Assembly (NCBI GenBank): GCA_963718895.1
Contig: CAVRAG010000004.1
Span: 64,001-128,000, forward strand
Length of the DNA stretch: 64,000 nt
Reading direction: 5' to 3'
Origin: an uncultured Nitrososphaerota archaeon
Lineage (GTDB): Archaea; Thermoproteota; Nitrososphaeria; Nitrososphaerales; Gagatemarchaeaceae
The first letter of the stretch is position 1, and every line of letters starts with the position of its first letter. Below the pieces are notes generated by a model, which searched no databases, had not been told where the DNA came from, and saw only the letters and a list, made by a program, of their open reading frames with translations. This document shows, piece by piece, positions 1 to 9,910 of this stretch. The position numbers and the translations under genes are program-made.

Positions 1-1027
1 TCACGGGGTTGTCCATGTTCTTGACGATGAGAGAGGCCTTGTCGCTGAAGAGCTTCTTCTCGCCCTCGTCGAGGTATACGTCCACGTACTTCGCTATCTG
101 GTTCGGCTCTGTCGAGTGCGGGATGTAGCGGTGGAGCTCGATCACAGGCTTCGAAGGCTCCCAGTAGATCGCGCTGACCGCCGGCTTCCCGAGGGTGAAG
201 GCCTCCATCAGCATCGTTTCCGCGGCTCCCAGGGCGACGTCGGCGTGCGCCACCGGGCTGTCGTGCATCGACGAGTGGAGCACGTGGACACCTTTCACCC
301 CTGCGTAGTGCCTTCGCTGTTCCTCCGTCCTAGGAAGCACAGCGACCGTCGCCGCACCCTTCTTGACTATGAGGTCGACCGACTTCTCGAGGATGGGCTG
401 GCGCTCGGGGAAGAAGCTCGCGAACTCGGGCTCGGGTCTGACGAAGACCACGGGGGAGTCTATCCCCGCCTTCTTGAAGGGGTTCTCGCTGTCCATGGTG
501 GTGCCCTTGAGGTACCCCGTGTGGAAGCCGTTGAACCAGACCACCTTGTCGAGGTCGGTCACCCCTTGCTGATAGAGCTCCTGGAACGTATAGAAGCGGG
601 GGATGAAGATCTTGCTCGCCAGGGGGAAGACCATCTGGTTCACGTGCTTCTCCCTCTCGTCGTAGAAGATCGCCCAGGATGGGATGTTCATCCCGAAGGC
701 GACGCGCACGGCCTCGGGCCACCTCTCCGTAAGCAGAAGGTCCGGCTTCTCCCTCTCGATCAGCGGGAGCATCTGCTGGATCGTCTCAGCGTAGGCCTCG
801 AGCTTGTTCTCGAGCCGCCTTCCGCCGTGCTTCCCAGCCGTCACGTAGTCGATGCCCTTCGACTTGAGGATCGACTGGATACCGTCATGGTCTCTCGCGG
901 TCACGAGAAACTGGTACTCTCCCTCGAGCTCCTTGATCAGGGGCGCGAAGAAGTTGGCCTGAAATGGGGTGCTCATGGCAACCCAGATTTTCTTCACCCG
1001 TTTCGGTCCGACTGTCTTGTCTTGCAT
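1..1027 (-). CDS. DUF354 family / GT-B-fold glycosyltransferase-like protein (3' end runs off the window)
   Basis: Manual translation from ATG 1027: KIWVAMSTPFQANFFAPLIKEL...VTARDH...GKHGG...VRPEPEFAS...GAAETMLMEAFTLGKPAVS. Not in the ORF track because it is open at the edge. Confidence 0.75.
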   Translation of the reverse strand, partial: MQDKTVGPKRVKKIWVAMSTPFQANFFAPLIKELEGEYQFLVTARDHDGIQSILKSKGIDYVTAGKHGGRRLENKLEAYAETIQQMLPLIEREKPDLLLTERWPEAVRVAFGMNIPSWAIFYDEREKHVNQMVFPLASKIFIPRFYTFQELYQQGVTDLDKVVWFNGFHTGYLKGTTMDSENPFKKAGIDSPVVFVRPEPEFASFFPERQPILEKSVDLIVKKGAATVAVLPRTEEQRRHYAGVKGVHVLHSSMHDSPVAHADVALGAAETMLMEAFTLGKPAVSAIYWEPSKPVIELHRYIPHSTEPNQIAKYVDVYLDEGEKKLFSDKASLIVKNMDNPV

Positions 1028-1032
1028 ATTCT

Positions 1033-2001
1033 TTACACCAAGAAGATTGTGATCAGCACGGCCAGGACAGAGTAGAAGGCCTGCATACTCAGGACCGAGA
1101 TGACGAGGCCCCGTTCGGAGATGGGACTGACCCTCATGAACGCGTGGACGAGGGCAGGATAGGCGGGCGCTCTGAGGTGCCCGTCCTCGCCGACGGTCGT
1201 GTCGCCGAAGACCCGCCTCCCCCCAAAGGGCCTCCTGGCAACCATCTTCAGCGTGAAATCTATACCCGCTGGGATGCTCACCACAATGGCGGCGAACTCA
1301 AGGCCCGCCAGGATGGCGATGGTAGCTATCCCGGCCCCCGCCATCAGGGTACCCGTGTCTCCCGGGAAGATTTTCGCAGGGTACCAGTTGAGCTTCAGAA
1401 AGCCCAGGAAGCCGCACATGAGCACGACGCCGATGATCGTGGCTGCATAGCTGCCCCCGACGGCGGCAAGGAAGGTTAGCGCAGCGATGGCGATGACCGC
1501 CGAGCCGGCCTCGAGCCCGTTGAACCCGGCTAGCATGTTCGTGAAGTTGGCGGAAATTGCAAGCGCCAGTGGCACGATCGCCAGCGGAAAGACGTACCCT
1601 ACAGGGAGCGCCCCAATCAGAGGCATCTCGATGCTGCGGGGCCCCCACAGGACCGCGACGAGTGGAATCGCCGCGGCAGCGATGAGGAACGGCTTGTACC
1701 TCTGTCTCATGTTTGTGATGTCGTCCAGTACCCCAACCGCACCGGCGCCCGCTATGCTCGCGACTCCTGCGACCAGAGGTGTGATCGGGTCGTCGATGGC
1801 GGCCATGACTACGAGAGAGCAGATCAGAAACGCAAAGAGCACCGAGAGTCCCCCCATCTCGGCGGTCACGGGCTTGCCCGGCTTGTGAATGTCATTCCCG
1901 GTCATCCCCATCTTGACGAACTTCGTCGAGAGGTACCGCGCAGAAGTGTAGGAGAGAGCCACGGCCAGCACCCCGACGCCCGCGAGGACGGGTAGATTCA
2001 C
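1033..2001 (-). CDS. aglH: MraY/GPT (GT4) polyprenyl-phosphate GlcNAc-1-P transferase, AglH-like
   Basis: DIHKP, GVLDD, NFTNMLAGFNGLEAG and NWYPAKIFPGDTG motifs; multi-TM. Confidence 0.85.
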   Translation of the reverse strand: MNLPVLAGVGVLAVALSYTSARYLSTKFVKMGMTGNDIHKPGKPVTAEMGGLSVLFAFLICSLVVMAAIDDPITPLVAGVASIAGAGAVGVLDDITNMRQRYKPFLIAAAAIPLVAVLWGPRSIEMPLIGALPVGYVFPLAIVPLALAISANFTNMLAGFNGLEAGSAVIAIAALTFLAAVGGSYAATIIGVVLMCGFLGFLKLNWYPAKIFPGDTGTLMAGAGIATIAILAGLEFAAIVVSIPAGIDFTLKMVARRPFGGRRVFGDTTVGEDGHLRAPAYPALVHAFMRVSPISERGLVISVLSMQAFYSVLAVLITIFLV

Positions 2002-2207
2002 GGGCTATCCCTCTGGAAGAGCCCTTGCACGAGTCTCCAGAAGAGCTGCGTGCTGACTCCGAACGCCACGACCCACGCGAAGATTGACCCGAGGGACCGG
2101 ACTTCCGGTTCCAGACCGCTCGCAAGGAACCAGACGCCGAGCGCGACGGCGTTGGGGATGACGAAGGTGACGAGGCTTGCGAGAACCACGTAGGCTTGTC
2201 TGATCAA
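1998..2207 (-). CDS. small two-TM membrane protein
   Basis: Hydrophobic 69-aa ORF coupled by a 4-nt overlap within the operon. Confidence 0.6.
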   Translation of the reverse strand: MIRQAYVVLASLVTFVIPNAVALGVWFLASGLEPEVRSLGSIFAWVVAFGVSTQLFWRLVQGLFQRDSP

Positions 2208-2214
2208 GGTCAGG

Positions 2215-2925
2215 CTAGCTCTTTTGTTCCGAGTCCTTGACGAGTGCCTCGTCGTTGACCCTCTCGAAGTCTGTCATGGAGCCCACGTCGGCCCAGTAGG
2301 CATCTTCGAAGAACGAGTTCATGCGTTCACCCTTCGCCAGGAGGAGAGGGAAGACCTCTGTCTCGAGGCTTGAGGTCCTTCCGACCGGGATGCTCTCCAG
2401 GATTCTCCGCTCGAGGACGTAGATTCCTGCGTTGGCCATGAAGCTGAGCGTGGGCTTCTCCTCGAACTTCTTGATGGTCTGGTCCCCGTCTACAGTGATG
2501 TAGCCGTAGGGGACCTTCACGTCGAACTTCTTGAGGGCGATCGTCCCTATTCCCCCCAGCCTGTCGTGGGTGCCGAGGAGGTTCCGGATGTTCAGGGAGG
2601 TGACGATGTCCCCGTTCATGGCGATGAAGGTCCCGTCGATGAACCTCTCGGCCGTCTTCAGCTGGCCCGCCGTGCCTAGGGGCGAGTCGGCCTCTGCGTA
2701 CTCTATCTTGACCCCGAGTTCGGTGCCGTCCCCGAACGCGTCCATTATCTGCTTCTTCAGATAGGCGACGCAGACGACGAACTCCGTAACCCCGTAGGAG
2801 GAAAGGTAGGTCACCGTCCTCTGGAGGAGGGGCTTGCCCGCGATAGGAAGCATGACCTTCGGAACGACGTATGTGAGCGGCCGAAGCCTCGTCCCGGCTC
2901 CGCCTGCCAGTATCACTGCTTTCAG
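2215..2925 (-). CDS. sugar-phosphate nucleotidyltransferase (NTP_transferase family)
   Basis: (L)KAVILAGGAGTRLRPLTYVVPK, GTAG, NGDI, FEEKP; probable CTG start at 2925. Confidence 0.9.
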   Translation of the reverse strand: MKAVILAGGAGTRLRPLTYVVPKVMLPIAGKPLLQRTVTYLSSYGVTEFVVCVAYLKKQIMDAFGDGTELGVKIEYAEADSPLGTAGQLKTAERFIDGTFIAMNGDIVTSLNIRNLLGTHDRLGGIGTIALKKFDVKVPYGYITVDGDQTIKKFEEKPTLSFMANAGIYVLERRILESIPVGRTSSLETEVFPLLLAKGERMNSFFEDAYWADVGSMTDFERVNDEALVKDSEQKS

Positions 2926-2961
2926 CCTACGCTAACCTCTCTTTCCTTTCTCAGCTCGCCT

Positions 2962-3363
2962 TCAAAACTGGAAGATGTTGCCCAGGAAGGCTATGTACTG
3001 TCTGTCCGATCTCCAACCCCTCGCCGCCTGGTTCCCCCAGCTGACAGCAGCTTCGGAGAAAATCCGCGCAATCCTGCTCCCGCGAAGCAGGCCGCGGTTG
3101 AAAGACCGACCGGTATCTCGGAGTTTCTTCAGGATGGAGACCACGGCTCTCAGGAGGCCAAAGCTTCTGAACTTGACCTTGAGGCTCAATGACAGATTGA
3201 TGATGGAGCGCTCCTGGTGGCTAAGTCTGAACCAGGACCCCCTCCTCTTTGAGAGCAGCACCTGTCTCTTTACAAGAGAACGGATGTAATTACTGGCGTC
3301 ACTATTTGCCAGATTTTTTCCAGTGGAGTCTTGCGACTGCCGTAGGGTTAGGGGGCTACCCAT
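2962..3363 (-). CDS. basic archaeal hypothetical protein
   Basis: KRRGSWFRLSHQER...AVSWGNQAARGWRSDRQYI; start uncertain. Confidence 0.55.
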   Translation of the reverse strand: MGSPLTLRQSQDSTGKNLANSDASNYIRSLVKRQVLLSKRRGSWFRLSHQERSIINLSLSLKVKFRSFGLLRAVVSILKKLRDTGRSFNRGLLRGSRIARIFSEAAVSWGNQAARGWRSDRQYIAFLGNIFQF

Positions 3364-3377
3364 GTTAAAACATGGGT
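3358..3377. promoter_or_regulatory. inverted repeat ACCCATGT-taaa-ACATGGGT in an AT-rich tract
   Basis: Perfect 8-bp arms seen in sequence. Confidence 0.45.
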
Positions 3378-3520
3378 TATTCGAGGTTAATATCATTTGC
3401 TCGTGTGATTCCAGTTGTTCGCGCATTTTCTTAGTATACGCAAGTGAAAAATGTCTCCGAACCTATGAATATGCTACATTCCGTTAGACGGCTCTTCGCC
3501 ATCGTTTCCGGCGGAAAATC

Positions 3521-5194
3521 TCATTTCATCAGGCCAATGGCGCCCCTGAGGTCCATCTTCTCCGTCCTGAACAGCCGTCTGTCCATTTGTCGCAGGTCGG
3601 TCGCCAAGCTCGGCCGGAATTCCATCTTCTTGAAGATGTGCTCCTCGATGTCCACCCCCGGTGCCACCTCCTGCAACACCATCTTTCCCTCTGTGAGCCT
3701 GAAGACCGCCCTCTCGGTCACGTAGATTATCTCCTTGCCATGTTTCGTGGCTTCCGCCCCGCTGAAGAGGCTCCTGTACACTTCCTCGACGAACTTTATC
3801 GTGCCGCCGTCCTCAACTATCCTCAGTCCGCCTTCCTCGACTCTTATGTCGCTGTGACCGGCCGTAAACGAGCCCGCGAAGCAGATTCTCGGGCCACCTC
3901 CCGCTATGACAGGGAAGCCGCCCGGCCCGTAAATCCTGCCAGGGAGGATCGACGGGTTGACGTTCCCGTGGGAATCGATCTGAAGGAACCCCAGCGACGC
4001 AACGTCGATGACACCGCCCTCGAAATTCGAGAACATGTCCGGGATCGAGGACAGAGCGAACGGGCTCAACGTGAGGCCGAAGTTCTGCCCCGAGAGCGCC
4101 AACCCTCCCCAAGGGCCCGACTCGAGCACCGTGACCACGAACTCGGAGATGCCCTCCTCCGCGGCAATCGCTGAGACGAGGGTAGGGATGCCGACACCCA
4201 GATTGACGAGGACGGGTTTCCCCTTCGTGCCCTCGAGCAGCCCGATCACCTCGAGGAGGACCCTCCTCGCTATCACCTTCTCGTACTCGTTCTTGGGGGC
4301 GGGCAGCATCTCCCTCGAGGCCTCGCTGTCGAGAGGAGGCATTACCCTGTAGGAGAGACGGGGATCGTACTCGGAGCTCCCCGACTGCCAGTGATACTGC
4401 CTCTGAGCAATTACCACGCGGTCGACGAGCGGGGACGGCACCTCGACCTGCCTCGGGTCGATCGTGCCCGACTTGGTCAGCCATCTCACCTGGCTTATCA
4501 CAGAACCGGGGTTGGGTCTTGCCTTCGTCGCCTGTGCGATGTTGAAGACGGTTCCGCGGATACCCTCGTCTTCCATCGACAGGTTACCGTTTTCGTCAGA
4601 GGTGCTCGCGCGTATGAGCGCGTAGTTAGGCTTTGGCGCGCGATAGAAGAGATACTCATCCCCCTCCAGCTTAATCAGGTCGACCTTGCAGGTCTTCGAC
4701 CTGCGCCCCCGCAGGTTGAGGGAACCGCCCTCCCTCCTTGGGTCGAGCGTCGTATCGATCCCTATCTTCGTGATCATCCCCGGACGCCCTGACGCCACCT
4801 CCCTGAACCAGTATGCGGTCACTCCGATTGGCCAGCTGTACGCCTCCAGCCGTTCACCCTCGACCATCTTCTGCATCCAGGGGGCAAACCCCAGATACGG
4901 CATCAGTATCCCCCTCAGGAATCTCTGGTCTTCCTGGGCCCACAGCTTCTCGCCGACGGCATCGAGCGCCCTTCCTGGCACCGCCGGCAGCGTGTCGCCG
5001 ATGACGAAGAGGTCCCTTGGATGGTCCTCCCTTCTGTATCTCTCGTGGAGCTCAAGGATGAGCTGCTCGGGGGTCGTGGCCAGATTGAATCCGGAGATTG
5101 CCACCGTCGAGCCATCCTCTATCAAGGACAATGCGGTCTTTGGGTCGCAGACCTTGCTTGGGATTTCCATGCCAGTTGTTGACACGGAGCCCAC
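3521..5194 (-). CDS. acyl-CoA:acetate/propionate CoA-transferase (YdiF/Pct type, fused alpha-beta)
   Basis: TKIGIDT, DENGNLS, VNLGVGIP, catalytic ESG, GPGGF, YVTERAVF. Confidence 0.9.
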   Translation of the reverse strand: MGSVSTTGMEIPSKVCDPKTALSLIEDGSTVAISGFNLATTPEQLILELHERYRREDHPRDLFVIGDTLPAVPGRALDAVGEKLWAQEDQRFLRGILMPYLGFAPWMQKMVEGERLEAYSWPIGVTAYWFREVASGRPGMITKIGIDTTLDPRREGGSLNLRGRRSKTCKVDLIKLEGDEYLFYRAPKPNYALIRASTSDENGNLSMEDEGIRGTVFNIAQATKARPNPGSVISQVRWLTKSGTIDPRQVEVPSPLVDRVVIAQRQYHWQSGSSEYDPRLSYRVMPPLDSEASREMLPAPKNEYEKVIARRVLLEVIGLLEGTKGKPVLVNLGVGIPTLVSAIAAEEGISEFVVTVLESGPWGGLALSGQNFGLTLSPFALSSIPDMFSNFEGGVIDVASLGFLQIDSHGNVNPSILPGRIYGPGGFPVIAGGGPRICFAGSFTAGHSDIRVEEGGLRIVEDGGTIKFVEEVYRSLFSGAEATKHGKEIIYVTERAVFRLTEGKMVLQEVAPGVDIEEHIFKKMEFRPSLATDLRQMDRRLFRTEKMDLRGAIGLMK

Positions 5195-5429
5195 GTCTCA
5201 AAAGTCTGTTGGTGGTCGGCGAGAGGACCCCGCAGTTTGAACCACAAAGCATTAGAGTCGAACCTCAAGCGCGCCCTTGCCGTTCGGCTTTGGACCGCAA
5301 ACCTTCGGACCTTCCATCGCGCCTGTCGAATCCACGGCGGCTCCGGCTTTGGTGCCGAGCTTCGCCGCCGCCCCGCTGGTCCGACGGAGGCCGAACCTCT
5401 CTCGAGGCACGAATTCGTGGGAGGCAGTC

Positions 5430-5915
5430 ATGAATCCTTCGAAAAGAACCACCCTGGTCCTCACGGTCGCGACCATCACGGCCTTCGCTGCAGTGGCCGC
5501 AGTCCTGGGCCTGGGCGTCCTCCTGGGAAGCAGACCGATCGGGAGCGGGGTGACGACCAGCGAGGCAGCCCTTCCGGCGGGTTGCGTCAGGCCGGCGAAC
5601 GGGTACATCATAGTCCAGAGCAAGGACGGGTACAATGACAGCATAACCCAGGGAGCAGGGCTGTCGAAGCCATGGCCGGTCTTGACGGCGAGCGAGGGTC
5701 AGACGGTCAGCATCGCAGTGTGCAACGTAGACGTGCAGGCGCACGGCTTCCAGATTGCCAACTACGCTGACGGCAGCATCAACGTCGTGGAGCCCGGGCA
5801 GGTCCTCAACATTTCATTTGTGGCGAACAAGCCCGGGAGCTTCCTGATCTACTGTGCGATACCCTGCTCGATTCACTTCTTCATGCAGTTCGGGCAGCTG
5901 AAGGTCTCATCATGA
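5430..5915 (+). CDS. membrane-anchored cupredoxin-domain protein with CuA-like ligand loop
   Basis: N-terminal TM; HGFQI and YCAIPCSIHFFM; likely start MNPSK at 5430. Confidence 0.75.
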   Translation: MNPSKRTTLVLTVATITAFAAVAAVLGLGVLLGSRPIGSGVTTSEAALPAGCVRPANGYIIVQSKDGYNDSITQGAGLSKPWPVLTASEGQTVSIAVCNVDVQAHGFQIANYADGSINVVEPGQVLNISFVANKPGSFLIYCAIPCSIHFFMQFGQLKVSS

Positions 5916-6748
5916 CGGCCACCGCCGAGACCCAGGCGCGGAGGAGCCTTGCGATTCCCGTCCACGGATTCGCCGTCATAGCCTTGGCCTTGATGACCTC
6001 GTACTTCGCTTACCTGTGGGGGTCGGCCGCCGTGAACCCGGCGGAGATACTCGCCCCGCTCCTGTTCTGGTATGGGGTATCGTTCCTGCTCCTCGTCTAC
6101 CCTCTGAGGGCAGCGGCCAGAGACTTCGCGCGATATATCCGCATGTTCTCCGGCGCAGCGGTCTTTGCCGTCTATCTCGCCATACACCTGCTCCTCTATG
6201 GGTTTCTGCTCGAGGGAATCCTGACCTCGTTCCTTGGGAAGGATTTCGTCTCGACCGCGGCGGGGGCCTCGCTGACCACCACGGTCTTCACCCCTCCCTC
6301 GGCTCTCAACGCCCTCCTCTCTCTGTGGTACAATCCGTGGATCGCGATCACGATACCTCCTATCTTCAGCACGACGCTCAGCCTCTACAGTTTGGTGATC
6401 GCCGTGATGATAGACGTCTTGATCGTGGCGAACATAGGGAAGACGAGAGAGCTTGGCCGGGCCTGCTCAACCGGCGCGAGGTCGAGGTCGATGGTCCTGT
6501 TTCCCGCTCTCGGCATAGCATTCGGTGCGTCGTGCTGTCTGAGCGTCCCGATCCTCTTCACCGTGGTCGTCCCTTCGGCGGCCGCGCTCGCTTCGCTGCT
6601 CTGGGTCTACGACCTGACCTACTTCCTCTTCCCGCCGTTCGCAGTGGTCCTCCTGTACCTGAACCTCTACTCCGTCGCCAAGATAACAGCGAACGTGAGG
6701 CTGGCGACGGATGGAAGGGCCCCCGTCATTCCTAGTGCCACTGGTTGA
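5912..6748 (+). CDS. multi-pass membrane protein with CST...SCC motif
   Basis: About 6 TM segments; ATGA overlap with the cupredoxin gene. Confidence 0.7.
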   Translation: MTATAETQARRSLAIPVHGFAVIALALMTSYFAYLWGSAAVNPAEILAPLLFWYGVSFLLLVYPLRAAARDFARYIRMFSGAAVFAVYLAIHLLLYGFLLEGILTSFLGKDFVSTAAGASLTTTVFTPPSALNALLSLWYNPWIAITIPPIFSTTLSLYSLVIAVMIDVLIVANIGKTRELGRACSTGARSRSMVLFPALGIAFGASCCLSVPILFTVVVPSAAALASLLWVYDLTYFLFPPFAVVLLYLNLYSVAKITANVRLATDGRAPVIPSATG

Positions 6749-6760
6749 TGCCTTCGCCGG

Positions 6761-7738
6761 TCAAACCGACTTGGGACCGGCCACAGGAAGAGAGGGAGGG
6801 GGGCGCGGGCTAGACTCACCTGTCGTGGCGCGCTCGGTCCCGAAGGCTCTTCCGAGCCCTGCTCCGGTGAGCACGGCGTCAAAATAGATCACCGTCTCCA
6901 CCGCCAGAGACAGCGCCAGGAGCGCGGTCTCGCTCGTGATCAGCCAGAGGAGGAACCCAACCATCATGACGGCGTTCGCAGCTATGAAGAGCGCGAGATA
7001 GTTCGTGAGGGCACGGTTGCGCTCCTTTCTCCTGCGCAGATAGCCGAAGGCGAAGACCACGACTCCGGTCATCACCGCTGCTTCGAGGTAGACAGTGTAC
7101 GTCTCCCACAGCTGTGAGGTCAATGCGGTGGGCGTCAGGAACATGACGACGGTCTGCAGGCCCAGCAGGATGAGGAGATCCCGGGGTATCGCCTTGCGGA
7201 GTGCGAGGAGGGTCAGGGCCATCTCTCCGACCATCGTGAAGACGAACCAGGAGGTGATTATGCTGAAGCTCACCTCGCTCCCGACAGCGGCGGCCGTGTA
7301 GCCTTCCGAGAGCGCGACGAGCCCCGAGGCCAGGTTGAAGGTCCAGCCCATGAGAAGCTCGCTGAGGAGCAGGAGGACGATGTAGGCCACCCTGAGCGCG
7401 GAGACGTGGCGGAGGAGGTTGGAGAGCGGCAGGGGCCCCTTCCGCTCCTCGTCGCCCTCCATCCAGTACTGGGCGAAGAGCAGGACGCCGACCGGCATCA
7501 TGCCCACGCTCATGAAGACGGCAATCTCCCAGATGGCGACGTCGCCCAGCGTGAAGTTCAGCGTGGTCAGGTAGAGGTAGGCCGGACCGATGAGCATGAC
7601 GACCATCATCGCGAGCAGGAGGAGCAGGACGACGTTGTCGATGCCGGTCCGCGCCTTGGTCGACCTTGTGATGAGCCAGCTGATGAAGGCCACCATCAGG
7701 AAGGCGGTGGGGACGAGGTAGTAGATCAGGTAGGACAA
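6761..7738 (-). CDS. Met-rich multi-pass membrane protein, paralog of the N-half of the neighbouring Fe-S protein (FoxH-like?)
   Basis: Shares LSE.LMGWTF, WF.FTM..EMA.TL and QT..M.L.PTA motifs with 7804-9858. Confidence 0.7.
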   Translation of the reverse strand: MSYLIYYLVPTAFLMVAFISWLITRSTKARTGIDNVVLLLLLAMMVVMLIGPAYLYLTTLNFTLGDVAIWEIAVFMSVGMMPVGVLLFAQYWMEGDEERKGPLPLSNLLRHVSALRVAYIVLLLLSELLMGWTFNLASGLVALSEGYTAAAVGSEVSFSIITSWFVFTMVGEMALTLLALRKAIPRDLLILLGLQTVVMFLTPTALTSQLWETYTVYLEAAVMTGVVVFAFGYLRRRKERNRALTNYLALFIAANAVMMVGFLLWLITSETALLALSLAVETVIYFDAVLTGAGLGRAFGTERATTGESSPRPPPSLPVAGPKSV

Positions 7739-7803
7739 GGGACCTTTCCGCTCGCGTCAGTCCGTCCGGCGGCGCCTCATAGCTTTACCTTCATGGCGAA
7801 ATC

Positions 7804-9858
7804 TCAATCAGTCTTGTCCAAGGCGCCGAAATTGATCGGACTCACCATGGGCTCCGTCCTGACGGGCTTCGCGAGGGGCGGCAGCGGTCTGTTGAGTTTC
7901 ACCCTGAGCCAGTTCCTGGCGTCGAAGAAGAAGACGTTCTCGTAGGGGCAGGCCGAGACGCAGTCGCCTACACCGATGCACTTGAAGCTCCTGAACTCTC
8001 CCTTGTCGATGAACGCCCCCGGCATGTCCGTCAGGCCGACCGGGCAGACCTTCGCGCAGTCCTTGGTCTTGCAGTTGATGCACGCGTTGCTGTCCTTGAC
8101 CTTGAGCCTGAAGATTCCGAGCCTCGAGACGAGCTGGTTGAACGACCCCCAGCCGCACATCCCGGTCGTCACGCAGCCGTAGGTCCCCACGAAGGGGATC
8201 ATTATCCAGACGAGATACCAGAGGAAGGAGAAGTAGAAGGCGAAGAAGAAGTAGCTGGGGTCGGTCCCGAATATCGAGACGTGCAGGACCCCGACGGAGG
8301 TCAGGTAGGAGAGGACGGCGGCACCCAGCAGCGAGATCCAGACCAGGGAGAACACAATCCTGTAGGCACCCGAGATGCGGCTGGTCAGGAGGTGTCGGCC
8401 TATCTTGGATGTCCTGTTGAACGAGCTCATTGCGTCGTAGGCCGTGCCCTGGTACATCAGCGCGGCCGTGCACAGGAGGGAGCAGACCTGCCTCGCGCCG
8501 AAGAAGAACGAGAGGCCCCCGGATATGAGGTACGTCGCCAGGATGACGAGTATGACAGCGGGAGCGACCGCGCCCGCCGTCCCGAGCCCCATGCTCCACC
8601 CGACCCAGGGGACGCTCGACATCCCCGACATCCCCAGGACGTAGGTCGGCACGTACAGGCTGTATATGGCGTAGGCCAGTACCACGAGGAGGAGCCTGAT
8701 CTTGGTCTCCGTCTCCCTGGCGTACCTGATCTTGAAGATCACGAGGGCCCCCATCTCGATACCCATCATGACCAGGAACCAGAAGGACATGGTGATGCCG
8801 CCGACGGCGATTATGAAGTCGTAGAATGCCGCACCGACGATGTTGAGGGCCGAGCCTCCCAGCGCCGCGAACGGGAGCATGCTGAAGTACATCGTTCCGA
8901 GGGCGATGATGTCTAGGACTCCCCCCATGAAGTACTCGGCGATGAAGACGCCTCCGAGCAGCCCGAAGACCCAGAAGGGTCTGGTCTGCCACCCGACCAG
9001 AGGGGGAGCGACTAGGCTCTTCTCGTCGAGGACGATGCCGAAGTAAATCGTCATCTCCGCGACTATCGAGATCACGAAGAGCAGGACGTCGTTGTAGAGC
9101 ATCCAGACGAAGAGCCCCGCCATCATGAGGGCGTAGGCGCCCATCAGACGGACGAGGTACTTCGATGCGCCCGAAGTAAGAGTCCGGTTCTTGAAGATGT
9201 ACTCGAACATGAAGATGATGGCGAGGATCATGACGGCGCTGTTGGCCACGGTCGTGTAGGTGGACCATGCGCCGCTGGCTATCGCCGTGGGCGACAGGAC
9301 CATTATCGCGGTCTGGATGGCGACGAGCCAGCGGAAGCTCCTTGGGAAGTTCCTCCCCACGAGATAGAGGGTGACGGCCATCTCGGAGGCCATCGTGAAG
9401 ATGAACCAGTAGGTGCTCATCGAGTCGACGAGCGCGGAGAAGACGGATTGGCCGGAGACAGAGGCCGCTCCCGAGAGTATCGCGAACGTCCAGCCCATGA
9501 AGACCTCTGAGAGTATCGTCAGGACAATCACGGCCGCGACGACGATCGACCTCGCAGAGACCGCGCTGCCCTTGCGCGTCTCGTCGAGCTGCCTGTCTCC
9601 CCTCATCAGCACAGTGAGGATGGGGATGAGCCCGATGCTCATGGATATCATGTTCAGGGCCACGAGCTCGAAGACCGTCACGAAGGTGGGGATGTAGAGG
9701 TAGACCACGGCGCTCACGAACATCGACGCCATCATCACGAAGAGGAAGAGGACCACCCCGGCGTCCGTCAGCGTCTTCATGGTCGAGCCCTTCTTCAGGA
9801 GCCAAGCTGTGAACACGGCCATGGCACCGGCAACCAACCACAAGACGAGGAGGTCCAT
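7804..9858 (-). CDS. large membrane protein with C-terminal NapH/MauN-type 4Fe-4S domain (FoxG-like)
   Basis: Many TM helices; CSLLC, CVTTGMCGWG, CINCKTKDCAKVCP, CIGVGDCVSACP. Confidence 0.8.
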   Translation of the reverse strand: MDLLVLWLVAGAMAVFTAWLLKKGSTMKTLTDAGVVLFLFVMMASMFVSAVVYLYIPTFVTVFELVALNMISMSIGLIPILTVLMRGDRQLDETRKGSAVSARSIVVAAVIVLTILSEVFMGWTFAILSGAASVSGQSVFSALVDSMSTYWFIFTMASEMAVTLYLVGRNFPRSFRWLVAIQTAIMVLSPTAIASGAWSTYTTVANSAVMILAIIFMFEYIFKNRTLTSGASKYLVRLMGAYALMMAGLFVWMLYNDVLLFVISIVAEMTIYFGIVLDEKSLVAPPLVGWQTRPFWVFGLLGGVFIAEYFMGGVLDIIALGTMYFSMLPFAALGGSALNIVGAAFYDFIIAVGGITMSFWFLVMMGIEMGALVIFKIRYARETETKIRLLLVVLAYAIYSLYVPTYVLGMSGMSSVPWVGWSMGLGTAGAVAPAVILVILATYLISGGLSFFFGARQVCSLLCTAALMYQGTAYDAMSSFNRTSKIGRHLLTSRISGAYRIVFSLVWISLLGAAVLSYLTSVGVLHVSIFGTDPSYFFFAFYFSFLWYLVWIMIPFVGTYGCVTTGMCGWGSFNQLVSRLGIFRLKVKDSNACINCKTKDCAKVCPVGLTDMPGAFIDKGEFRSFKCIGVGDCVSACPYENVFFFDARNWLRVKLNRPLPPLAKPVRTEPMVSPINFGALDKTD

Positions 9859-9910
9859 AACCTATGTCGCCCTTCTGCCGCTTCCGGTTCCAGAACGATA
9901 TTAACGCCTT

